Shown piece after piece: positions 1-11,778 of a stretch of 64,000 nt of DNA. The stretch's first letter is position 1, and the number at the start of each line of letters is the position of its first letter. The notes beneath the pieces were generated by a model, which did no database searches, had not been told where the DNA came from, and saw nothing but the letters and a program-made list of their open reading frames with translations. This DNA comes from Eledone cirrhosa (taxonomy: Eukaryota), in contig OZ024762.1 in assembly GCA_964016885.1 (NCBI GenBank), positions 6,386,001 through 6,450,000 on the forward strand. Reading direction: 5' to 3'. A program made the position numbers and the translations under genes.

Positions 1-389
1 TCTAATAAATATATATATAGTAATAATAAATATGAAGACTAAAATCCAAAGAGGGCTCGATAAGGATAAATATATATCAAATATATAAGAATCCTAGAGC
101 AAATATTTATTAAAATAACAGATTAAAGTTTAAGCAAAGAATCGCTGCTTTCACCCTTAACGGGATCTTCTGAAGATCCTGTTATGGGTGAAAGCAGCCA
201 TTCTTTGCTTAAACTTTAATCTGTTATTTTAATAAATATATATATATATATATATATAATACACTAGTCCAATATACACATACATACATGCATAAACAGA
301 TATGCACACACACACACATATGGAGGTATAAATTCAAACTGTATTTATGTTCTATTTTCTGCTTTTTTAGACTTTTTATCTCTCTCCAC

Positions 390-530
390 ACACTGTCACC
401 TCCTTCCCCACCCACTGTCACCTCCTTCCCCACCCACTGTCACCTCCTTCCCCACCCACTGTCACTTCCTTCCCCACCCACTGACACCTCCTTCCCCACC
501 CACTGTCACTTCCTTCCCCACCCACTGCCA
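390..530. repeat. 22-bp C-rich minisatellite
   Basis: CCCACCCACTGTCACCTCCTTC repeated. Confidence 0.9.
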
Positions 531-685
531 CCGCCTTCTCCAACCACCACCAGCAGAACCCACTGTTCTAAGCATTCAGACCAGGTCCTTACTTCCTCTC
601 CACTAGTCTTGGAAGGTATGAAAAAAGCTCTGGGCCTGTACACTCATTAAAATAAAAAAAAATAAAAAATATATGAACCATCTGT

Positions 686-688
<3 letters not shown>

Positions 689-749
<61 letters not shown>

Positions 750-756
750 CCTCTAC

Positions 757-813
<57 letters not shown>

Positions 814-1025
814 CCTCTACAACACACACACACTTCCTCTACAACACACACACACTTCCTCTACAACACACACACACTTCCTCTACAACACACACACACT
901 TCCTCTACAACACACACACACATCCTCTACAACACACACACACATCCTCTACAACACACATACACTCATCCTCTACAACACACACACTCACCCTCTACAA
1001 AACACACACTCACCCTCTACAACAC
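689..1025. repeat. (CA)n microsatellite with CTTCCTCTACAA interruptions
   Basis: Visible directly. Confidence 0.95.
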
Positions 1026-1129
1026 TACCACACCTGTTATGGCTGAGGGTTAACACCTTACTTTTGTCTTATAAATCTTGTCCCAGTAGTGTTCAGATTA
1101 CATGACCCTACATCAATACTATTTCCCTT

Positions 1130-1670
1130 CTCTACAGTACCACAATACCTCTCTACAGTACCAAAATACCTCTACAGTACCACAATACTTCTCTACAGTA
1201 CCCCACCACAATACCTCTACAGTACCACACCACAATGCCTCTACAGTACCACACAACAATACCTCTACAGTACCACACCACAATACCTCTCTACAGTACC
1301 CCCACCACAATACCTCTCTACAGTACCACACCACAATGCCTCTACAGTACCACAATACCTCTCTACAGTACCACACCACAATACCTCTACAGTACCACAC
1401 CACAATGCCTCTACAGTACCACAATACGTCTCTACAGTACCACACCACAATACCTCTACAGTACCCTACCACAATACCTCTACAGTACCCCACCACAATA
1501 CCTCTACAGTACCCCACCACAATACCTCTACAGTACCCCACCACAATACCTCTACAGTACCCCACCACAATACCTCTACAGTACCACACCACAATACCTC
1601 TACAGTACCACACAACAATACCTCTACAGTACCACTCCACAAAACCCCTACAGTTCCACACCTCAATACC
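1130..1670. repeat. ~24-bp minisatellite
   Basis: CTCTACAGTACCACACCACAATAC units. Confidence 0.95.
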
Positions 1671-1751
1671 TCTTCTCTTTACAGTTTCACACATGCTCCC
1701 AACTGCTGAAATAGCCCTTTTAAAAATTTCTCTCCACCTCTTTATTTTTAA

Positions 1752-2305
1752 TAGGGTGTGTTTGGGCTGTGTGTCAGTGAGGAGTGAAACTAGGGTGTGT
1801 TTGGGCTGTGTGTCGGTGAAGAGTGAAACTAGGGTGTGTTTGGGCTGTGTGTCGGTGAAGAGTGAAACTAGGGTGTGTTTGGGCTGTGTGTCAGTGAGGA
1901 GTGAAACTAGGGTGTGTTTGGGCTGTGTGTCTGAGGAGTGAAACTAGGGTGTGTTTGAGGTGTGTGTCAGTGAGGAGTGAAACTAGGGTGTGTTTGAGGT
2001 GTGTGTCAGTGAGGAGTGAAACTAGGGTGTGTTTGGGCTGTGTCAGTGAGGAGTGAAGCTAGGGTGTGTTTGAGGTGTGTGTCAGTGAGGAGTGAAACTA
2101 GGGTGTGTTTGGGCTGTGTGTCAGTGAGGAGTGAAACTAGGGTGTGTTTGAGGTGTGTGTCAGTGAGGAGTGAAACTGGGGTGTGTTTGGGCTGTGTGTC
2201 AGTGAGGAGTGAAACTAGGGTGTGTTTGAGGTGTGTGTCAGTGAGGAGTGAAACTAGGGTGTGTTTGAGGTGTGTGTCAGTGAGGAGTGAAACTAGGGTG
2301 TGTGT
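1752..2305. repeat. 39-bp minisatellite, ~14 copies
   Basis: TAGGGTGTGTTTGGGCTGTGTGTCAGTGAGGAGTGAAAC. Confidence 0.95.
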
Positions 2306-2419
2306 CAGAGTTCTTGTCAAATTTTCTTTTTTTATTTCTTAAATTGAGGAAAATGTTTTTATGTCATTTTTGTTGTTTGGCATATTATTATTATTTCCTG
2401 CCGAATTAGGGCAAGGGGG

Positions 2420-2960
2420 TGGATTGGCAGTATCAGTAGAGTGATGGACAACATGCTTTGCAGCATATAATTATGGCCCTTAACATTCTGAGTTTAGCTT
2501 TGCCTTTTGTCCTTTCAGAGTTGATAAAATAAAGTAACACAATGGGGTTGATTTAATCAACTTTCCCTTTCCTTTTAAATTGCTGACCTTGTACCACAAA
2601 TAGAAACCATTATTGTTTTTGAGGCTGTATTGAGTTCAAATTCCCATCAAGGTCAACTGTCTCTTTCACCCTTTCAGAGGGGTTGATAAAATAACATACC
2701 AGTAATACACTGGGGGGTCGATATAATAGACTTTCCCTGTCCTGCACAGCTGTCCGTGTGCCGAAATTACAAAACATAGTTGATTGGCAGTATCGGTAGA
2801 GAGTCGGAGACCATGCTTTGCAGCATAGAGTTACGACCCTTTACGGTCTGAGTTCAAATCCCACCGAGGTTAACTTTGCCTTTCATCCTTACGGGGTTGA
2901 TAAAATAAAGTACCAGTAAGGCACTGGGATAATTGCTGGCCTTGTAGAAACAATTATTAT
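2420..2960 (+). mobile_element. Three tandem tRNA-derived SINEs (family A)
   Basis: A box TGGCAGTATCGG, B box GTTCAAATCC, core GCCTTTCATCCTTACGGGGTCGATAAAATAAAGTACCAG. Confidence 0.85.
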
Positions 2961-3258
2961 ATTACATTTTAATATGTGTATTGTCAGTAACTTATTTCAC
3001 AGTATGGGAAGAGGAAGCAACATAATTGGTCTTTAATAGGTCCATCTTTGAATGTTTGTGGTAAGGTAGTCAAAACCTGTGACTGAACTGGACATGTCTG
3101 CTTATAAAGACCATTTCAGGTTCTAGGTATGTCTGAGTATGTATGTATATATGTATGCATACATGTTGATGTATGTATGTATATACGTAGCTGTCAGATA
3201 GTGTGACAGTTTTACTGCTGCTGTTGGTCACAAACACACACACACACACACACACACG

Positions 3259-3328
<70 letters not shown>

Positions 3329-3383
3329 GCTGTCAGATAGTGTGACAGTTTTACTGCTGCTGTTGGTCACAAACACACACGTA

Positions 3384-3417
<34 letters not shown>

Positions 3418-4032
3418 CACGTAGCTGTCAGATAGTGTGACAGCTTTACTGCTGCTGTTGGTCACAAGCATACACACGCACACACACCACACCACATACA
3501 CACGCACACACACCACACCACACCACATACACACACCACCCACACACCACACCACACCACACCACACCACACCACACCACACACACCACACCACACATCA
3601 ACATAAACAAACACATACATGCCAACATGTACATGCATATGCTGGGTAGATTGCAATATAACATGAAAAGTCATGAATATTGAAATTATAGAGATTCAAG
3701 ACACAAAATTGGTTTTGAAGATTTTTGTCATGTTTTAGTTTGAAAATCTTTGTTTTCTGAAGCTGCAATCCTTGTGGCTTTATTTCTGTTTCTATTAAAA
3801 GTGTAAAGGTGCATGGCTATGTGGTTGTAGTTGTCAGTTCAATTCTCGACAGTGTGTTGAGTCCTTGAGCAAGGCACTTTACTTCATATTTGTTTCAGTT
3901 TACTCAGCTGACACAAATGAGTTTGTACCTGTAATTCACGGGGCCAGCATTGTCACGCATTGTCATGCTGAATCTCCCTGAGAACTACATTAAAAGTGTA
4001 TGTGTCTATGGAATACTCAGCCACTTACACTA

Positions 4033-4222
4033 TAATTGTTTCTACTTTTGGCACAAGGCCAGCAATTACCCCAGTGCATTACTGGTACTTTATTTTATTG
4101 ACTTCGTAAGGATGAAAGGCAAAGTTAATCTCGGCAGGATTTGAACTCAGACTGTAAAGGGCCGTAACTCTGTGCTGCAAAGCATGGCGTCCGACGTTCT
4201 ACTGATACTGCCAATTCACCGC
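4033..4222 (-). mobile_element. SINE family A
   Basis: Reverse complement of the 2783-2960 type. Confidence 0.85.
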
Positions 4223-4758
4223 CTGTACACCATAATACAAGATGGACTGTACCTGTAATTCAAAGTGCCACCATTGTCACACACTGTCATGCTAAATCTC
4301 CCTGAGAACTACACTAAAAGTGTTTGCGTCTGTGGAATACTCAGCGACTTACACTGTAATTCAAAGGGCCAGCCTTACCATACACTGTGTTATGCTGACT
4401 CCCCTCTGAAGGGTACATTTGTCTGTGAAATGCTCAGCCACTTGCACTTAAATTTAATAAGCAGGCTGATCTGTTGGCTGAACAACTGGAACTCTTGTCA
4501 TCACTATTAAAGGAGATCTAACAACTATACATGACCACGTAATATGCTGTCACATGATCGCTTACAGGAACTCTAATGGAAGGAGGACATTGTATATAGG
4601 AATAAGAATGAGGGGGAAAAAATCCTCATTCAAGTTTTGCATACTATAATTAATATTATAAAATGATTCTCTACACTGATTAAAATCACCTGAATAATTG
4701 CTTGTTTTTAACTTTTTTTTTTTTTAATTAAAATTTAATTTCCTTCTGTTCCTCTGCC

Positions 4759-4982
4759 TTAACCCTTTAGCATTTAAACAGGCCTTATCCAGCCATAATT
4801 CTCTCACCGCTTTCTGGTCAAACTGGTTGTAACTTGCCGCTCATACTGACGTTATGATATTGTTCTCAAAATAAATAACATCATCTCGTAGATTCAATAT
4901 TATGTGAGATAATTATGTAAGATAAAGCTTTTACCACAAAATCAATAGTATATTTAGAGTAATGTAAATGCTAAAGGGTTAA
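4759..4982. mobile_element. piggyBac-type MITE
   Basis: TTAA-CCCTTTAGCATTTA ... TAAATGCTAAAGGG-TTAA. Confidence 0.85.
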
Positions 4983-6820
4983 ATGACCCTAGTTAAGTAA
5001 TGTTCTAAAATATCAGCTTACTAATGAAAATCTTAGTTAACTTTATTAACTTTTTCCAAATTTTAGGTCAAATCTTCGAAATGAATTGAAATACACAAGT
5101 AGTGTCTTTCATTAGAAATACAACAATGGAAGGGTTAATGTCATCATCATAATATGATGTTGGTGGGCACTTAATAATTATATCAGGAGTTTGATTCCAA
5201 GACCAGCTTGAGCAAGGCACTTCATTCACATTGATCCAGTCCATTAACATTGTTATTTAATGTTTGCTTTGCCTGCTTGCATGTGGTGTACAGGTCATCC
5301 ACAGACAAGGCTGGTGCTCAGGTGAAGCTACAGACCCTACTTGCATCCCACAACTCTCTTACAAGTGTATTTTATCATTACACCGGCACTAAGGAGGTTG
5401 TTATGTCTTCGACACAGCTGAAGAGTTCTCATGACCCATTGTTTTGCAAGTTTTCTATGACTAGATGCATTTCCAATTGCCAACTATTTTAGATAAAAAT
5501 GAGTACCTGCTAGAGGAATATGATTCGTACAGGCTCGCCCCTTATCTCCTTTTGTTGTGGAATTCTTATTTTGTCATAGATAAGTCTCGAACACTTCGCT
5601 TTTCTCAAGACTTTATTTCTGAAGCAATGACAAAAGAAGTTCTCAGTGTGTCTGTGTCCATATTATTGCAAAGTGACGAAAGCTTTGACATCGAGCAAAG
5701 AAGAGTTCCACAACAAAGGTAGATAAGGGGTGAGCCTGTACGAGTCATATTCCTCTAAGGAGTGTTTTAGACTCATTTACCTGTGAAGGACTAGAGTCCT
5801 GTCCAGGAAAAGTCTTTTACTCTTAACATGCATGAAACTGGGATATGCTCTAACCCAGGCAAACATAGAAAAATAGACAAAAGAGAGATTACTTTAACTC
5901 TTTCCATGCTGGCAGTAGGCAGGGCTGAACATTCACTTGCTGAGGTCCCAAGCTATATGAAATTTAAGACCCTTCTCTAAAAAACTTTAGGTAAAAAATT
6001 TTGAAATTATTATACATGATTATTATTTTTATGTTGAAGTTGGTGACTAAACCGGCTCTCCCACCAAACCCCCACCAGCAGCACAAAAAACAAGACCTGT
6101 TAAAAGGGCAGATGAATTCCTCAGTCAACAGCCATCCACTCCAACTATGGGTTAAATAGCCTCACCAACCTGCAATTGGCCAAGCATGGTGAGTATGGCT
6201 ACACCCTTAAAGACATAACTAAAAGGAAATAGAAAGTGGAGACCAACCAGGGAAGGGTTCCTCCAACAGGAGTGAAATCCTGGGGTGTTAATGTTTTAAG
6301 GTCGTTAAGTGTGCATGAATCTTCAAGATTGGGGGCTAACTAGATGTTCCATAGTTGACAGTTGGAATTACCATCGATGGTATATCCCCATTTCTGAAAG
6401 TTGGCTCTATAGCGACCAACAGCTGTTCAGGGGTGATTTTGGCAGGACCAGAAGGACCAAGTATCACTGGAGCCAGGGGAGAGGGATTCTGTAGGAATGA
6501 GAGAGATACTATGTTCCACATTGTTAAGGTGGCTAAACCACAGGGACAGGTGCTGACTAGAAACTCAGTATCTCACGAACCCGTGCTCCAATTTACACGA
6601 AACTTGTATTCTATTTGTATTCCCATTTCAGGGGCGACTTCCTTTCAAAGTATTTTCCCATTATACACATAATCACAGAGTTTAGTAGTATAGATAGATA
6701 TAATATATATTTTACATATACATATAATGTATATATATTATACGCATATACATATAAGTATATATATTATGCATGTGTGTGCCAGTAAATACATATGTGT
6801 ATGTATGTGTATATACATAT

Positions 6821-8230
6821 GCAACATTGTCAACTGCTCCAAGGGTAAAGGAGATGCACTAGATATAGGAAACTATAGAGGCATCAAGCTGATGGACCAG
6901 GTCATGAAAGTAACAGAAAGAGTTATAGCACAGCTGATTAGGGACCGGATAAATCTAGATGAGATGCAGTTCGGAATTGTACCAGGCAAAATCAACACTG
7001 ATACTCTCTTCCTGATGAAGCAGTTACAGGAAAAGAACCACTCTACCTGGCATTGTCTATCTGGAAAAAGCTTTTGAGAGATTGCCCCATGCCATAATCT
7101 GGTGGGCTCTGAGAAAGCTAGTAGACGAGTGGCTTGTGAAGGCTGTACAAGCCATGTAAAGGAGAGCAGTCAGCAAAGTTAGGATTACGAGGAATTTAGT
7201 GTACAGGTTGGCATCCACCGGGGCTCTCCTGCTTATTATCGTACTACAATCTATAACAGGAGTTTAAGACCGGCTGCCCGTGGGAACTCCTGTACACAGA
7301 TGATCTTACACTCAGTGGAATCTAAGGCAGAACTAGAGAAGAAATTCCGAACATGGAAGCAGGGCCTAGAAAAAAGGGGTCTTAATGTCAACCTGACAAA
7401 GATTAAGGTCCTAGTAACTAAAAAAAACAGAACCCTGATCCCCTCAAGGAAATCGCCTTGTTCAGTATATAGGTAGAAATTCCATCTTCTGCCCCAAATG
7501 CAAACTATGGGTACTCGAGAGATGTAGTCGGATCTGTGGAAGTTTAGCTAAGAATGTAGGCTTTACATGTGGTGGTTGCACTGGGACAATAAACAACAAA
7601 CGACGCTGAGAAGGCTCAGTGGAAACATTAGACAGTTTCTGTTACCTGGGTGACCAAATTAGCAGCGGAGGTAAATAGTCTGAAAGTACAGCAGCCAGAG
7701 TTAGAATGGGATGGAAGAAGTCTAGGGAGCTACTACCACTGCAAGCTACAAAATGAAAGGCAGTCAGTATGATACGTGCATATGAACAGCAATGTTGCAT
7801 GGTAGTGAGACCTGGGCATTGTGTGCAGAAGACATGCATAGATTGGAAAGGAATGAAGCTAACATGCTCCGATGGATGTGTAATAGTAATATACGCGAAC
7901 GGCAAAGCATAAACGAATTGAGAGAGAAACTAGGCATAAGAGGAATCAGATGCAGTGTGCAGAAGAGATTGCGTTGATATGAACATGTGATGCATATAAA
8001 GGATGGCAGCTGTATAAAAAGATGCAGAGCACTCGATGAAAGCTGTGGAGTGGGGACAAGGTGATAAAAGCTGACCTTGCCTAATTGCATCTCTCAAAGG
8101 CAATGACACAGCACCGAGACCTCTGGTGCTACGCAGTAATACAGAAGATCCAACTTCCCACGAACACAGGCTAAAGCTGAAGCATATTATACACCACTCC
8201 ACCCACTCCCCATGAGAACAAGCTGACGTA
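6821..8230 (+). mobile_element. RTE-clade LINE reverse transcriptase, degraded
   Basis: KGKGDAL..NYRGIKLMD, QFG, ELLYTDDL and MLHGSETW motifs, with frameshifts and stops. Confidence 0.9.
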
Positions 8231-8699
8231 TTCATTCAAGGAAGTCTCCAGCCCACACTGTAAAGTGGTCGTGATGGTGACAACAAAAGCACCCAATCCA
8301 AACTGTAAAGCGGTTGCATAGTGTCATGGCAAAAAGCACCCAGTCCACACTGTAAATGAGGTTGGCGCTAAGAAGGGCATTCTGCTGTAGAAAACAGGCC
8401 AAAATCGATTCTGTATGAGTAAGACATGGTCGCCTGACCTGGCATTAATCACAATAGGATAACTCGTCTAAGCCATGGCAGCGTGGAAAAATGAATGTTA
8501 AATGGTGATGATGATACACACGCACACATATATTATTCATACATAAATATTATTAATATTACTAAGGTGGTTTTTCTGCTAGTATGTGTAATGTATTCTA
8601 GGAGAAAGAAAACTCTGATATAACACCTGCAACCCTGATGGTATCCAATGATGTTGACTTGTTCTTCTTTTTGGTAAATATCATCTTGGTTAAGAGAGT

Positions 8700-8960
8700 G
8701 GGACTGACTATAAAAGCTTCACGGCACAGGCATTGCTTTATATCTGGAGATCTCTCTGCACTTGTCATCACATGGTACCATGGGCCCAGCACTATGTGTC
8801 AATAATTGTCACAAGTGTAGTGTTTGTACCAGAGTTTTCAAGTCGCTGGCTGGACTAAAAAGTCACACTCGTTCAGCGCATCGGTAGGGGTTCTCCTACA
8901 TGGATATAAAGTAGTGGCCGTACTCGAAAACAAGTTGGCAGCCACCATGTATGTATGTAT
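8700..8960 (+). mobile_element. RTE/BovB-like LINE 3' end with C-terminal C2H2 and (ATGT)n tail
   Basis: [23 protein letters not shown] followed by a short UTR that runs into the TATG/TACA microsatellite. Confidence 0.6.
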
Positions 8961-9255
8961 ATATATATATACATGTATATATATATAAATATATATACAT
9001 GTATGTATATATATACATGTATATATATACATGTATGTATATACATGTATATATATATACATGTATATATATATATATATATATACATGTATATATATAT
9101 ACATATATATATATACATGTATATATATATATACATATATATATACATATATACATGTATATATATATATATACATGTATGTATATATATATATACATGT
9201 ATATATTAATATATACATGTATGTATATATACATGTATATATATATGCATGTATA
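8947..9255. repeat. (TA)n/TACATG microsatellite
   Basis: Visible directly. Confidence 0.95.
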
Positions 9256-9322
9256 AATCATTTACCTGCCCTGCTGCATCATGGGAGGGTAATGGCTGCC
9301 TTTTATCTTTCAAAAACCATGG

Positions 9323-9825
9323 CAGTCTTTTTAATATCTTTCTCGCCAAAATGTTTTAATTATTTACTTATATGAAACAAGGAACAAGATGCTGCGAAAG
9401 AAACTAAAGAATCTGCCATCGTTTAAAAAACAAAAGGCAGCCATTACCCTCCCATGAGGCAACGGGGCAGGTAAATGATTTGGCGATTTAGCGACATCAG
9501 TTCCTTAAATTTCTCTGAGCCGAAATCTCAAGAACGATAACTCCGTCTTTACTTAATCGCAAAAATGGATGCAAAAATTATTTTGAATTTCTTTAACACA
9601 ATTGTTGCATGAATTAAAAACTGAATTTAAAGTATTTTTTGTACATTTTTTAACTGTAGCAATAGTAATTATTTGTATATTAAATAAATACATTGTTTAC
9701 ATATACGAAGGTAGGCTTAAAAGTTCATAGGCTCACTATGAAGGAGTGATGCTAGGGTGTGAAATCTTGCATGTTGAAAAATAAACCTCATTTGGTCATT
9801 CCATGAGAGTATCTTGGTCAGCCTA
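9323..9825 (-). repeat. Inverted copy of ~11618-12042
   Basis: Shared TIR-like core, MITE and AT-rich linker in reverse orientation. Confidence 0.85.
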
Positions 9826-9833
9826 CCCTCGTA
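9704..9833 (+). mobile_element. 130-bp mariner-derived MITE
   Basis: TA-CGAAGGTAGGCT...AGCCTACCCTCG-TA; the interior is shared with the mariner at 13195. Confidence 0.8.
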
Positions 9834-10356
9834 TATTATATATATCATTGAATTTGTTCTAAATACTTCCAGTGTCACTACTCTGTGATTTGAGGGATAT
9901 TTAGTCGCCATTTCTAGTATTTTTAACCATTGAAGAGGGTTTTCATCAGTTTTGTAAGGTATTGTAGGGTAAACTGTTGAATATGGCATATATTTGAGGG
10001 TTGTTTAACCACTAAAACTATCATTATTTATAATATTTCAGTGGCTGCCATTTCTAGCATTCAGTAGACTCTTTGTTTTGTTGTCTTTCATCTAAGGGAA
10101 ACAACTCATTCAACTTACTATTTTGTAAAATTATACCTTTCACTTTACTAAGTTGCTTTCTTGATAACTTTCACAATTGTACAGATTATTAATTGAGATT
10201 TTGTAAGGATACTTTAAGGTCGCAGAAGTTGATGATTTTTCTAATCGACTAACACTCATTTTTCTGAAGTCGGTGTTACGCGGTTTGTTTACATATTGAG
10301 ACCCACATAATACATACACACACATACACATATGTAAATACGTATATATATACATT

Positions 10357-10416
<60 letters not shown>

Positions 10417-10465
10417 AAACCAACTTCCTACATAATGGTCGCTCATATTTATGGTACGTCAAAAT

Positions 10466-10574
10466 TATTTATAAAACTGTTTATATATTGTATTTTATCT
10501 GACGAAGGCATGCCATATTTTTAATATGGTATCCCCGAAATATGTATAATGAAATAAATATGGTTTTATAAATA
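10466..10574 (+). ncRNA. Type I hammerhead ribozyme motif
   Basis: TATTTTAT-CTGACGA(10499)-long stem II-GAAA(10537)-TATGTA-TA-ATGAAATA, with outer stem TATTTATAAAAC/GTTTTATAAATA. Confidence 0.65.
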
Positions 10575-10597
10575 TAGTTTCCATTTGTTTAATATCG

Positions 10598-10647
<50 letters not shown>

Positions 10648-10649
10648 AA

Positions 10650-11736
10650 TAGGCTGACCAGGATACTCTCATGGAATGACCAAATGAGGTTTATTTTTCA
10701 ACATGCAAGATTTCACAGCTCTAGCATCACTCCTTCATAGGCTGACCAAGATACTCTCATGGAATGACCAAATGAGGTTTATTTTTCAACATGCAAGATT
10801 TCACAGCTCTAGCATCACTCCTTCATAGGCTGACCAAGATACTCTCATGGAATGACCAAATGAGGTTTATTTTTCAACATGCAAGATTTCACAGCTCTAG
10901 CATCACTCCTTCATAGGCTGACCAAGATACTCTCATGGAATGACCAAATGAGGTTTATTTTTCAACATGCAAGATTTCACAGCTCTAGCATCACTCCTTC
11001 ATAGGCTGACCAAGGTACTCTCATGGAATGACCAAATGAGGTTTATTTTTCAACATGCAAGATTTCACAGCTCTACCACCACTCCTTCATAGGCTGACCA
11101 AGATACTCTCATGGAATGACCAAATGAGGTTTATTTTTCAACATGCAAGATTTCACAGCTCTAGCATCACTCCTTCATAGGCTGACCAAGATACTCTCAT
11201 GGAATGACCAAATGAGGTTTATTTTTCAACATGCAAGATTTCACAGCTCTAGCATCACTCCTTCATAGGCTGACCAAGATACTCTCATGGAATGACCAAA
11301 TGAGGTTTATTTTTCAACATGCAAGATTTCACAGCTCTAGCATCACTCCTTCATAGGCTGACCAAGGTACTCTCATGGAATGACCAAATGAGGTTTATTT
11401 TTCAACATGCAAGATTTCACAGCTCTAGCATCACTCCTTCATAGGCTGACCAAGGTACTCTCATGGAATGACCAAATGAGGTTTATTTTTCAACATGCAA
11501 GATTGCACAGCCCTAGCATCACTTCTTCATAAGCTGACCAAGATACTCTCATGGAATGATCAAATGAGGTTTATTTTTCAACATGCAAGATTGCACAGCC
11601 CTAGCATCACTTCTTCATAAGCTGACCAAGATACTCTCATGGAATGATCAAATGAGGTTTATTTTTCAACATGCAACATTGCACAGTCCTAGCATCACTC
11701 CTTCATAGTGAGCCTATGAACTTTTAAGCCTACCTT
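10650..11736 (-). repeat. Tandem array of 12 x 88 bp derived from the mariner MITE interior
   Basis: Unit starts at 10650, 10738, ... 11618. The unit is the reverse complement of ~9738-9825, and the array ends in the MITE terminus (11706-11736). Confidence 0.92.
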
Positions 11737-11778
11737 ATATGCAAACAATGTAAGTATATACAAATAATTACTAAGAAA

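Noticed and set aside
224-3674. ORFs at the start of the window
   Set aside because: All are translations of CA microsatellites or 22/24/39-bp minisatellites.
7012-7040. CTGATGA...GAAA hammerhead core
   Set aside because: No stem II pairing; it lies inside LINE RT coding sequence.
8838-9375. YIYM-rich ORFs
   Set aside because: Microsatellite translations.
10650-11736. CRISPR-like array
   Set aside because: The units are contiguous with no unique spacers, they derive from a mariner MITE, and the context is eukaryotic.
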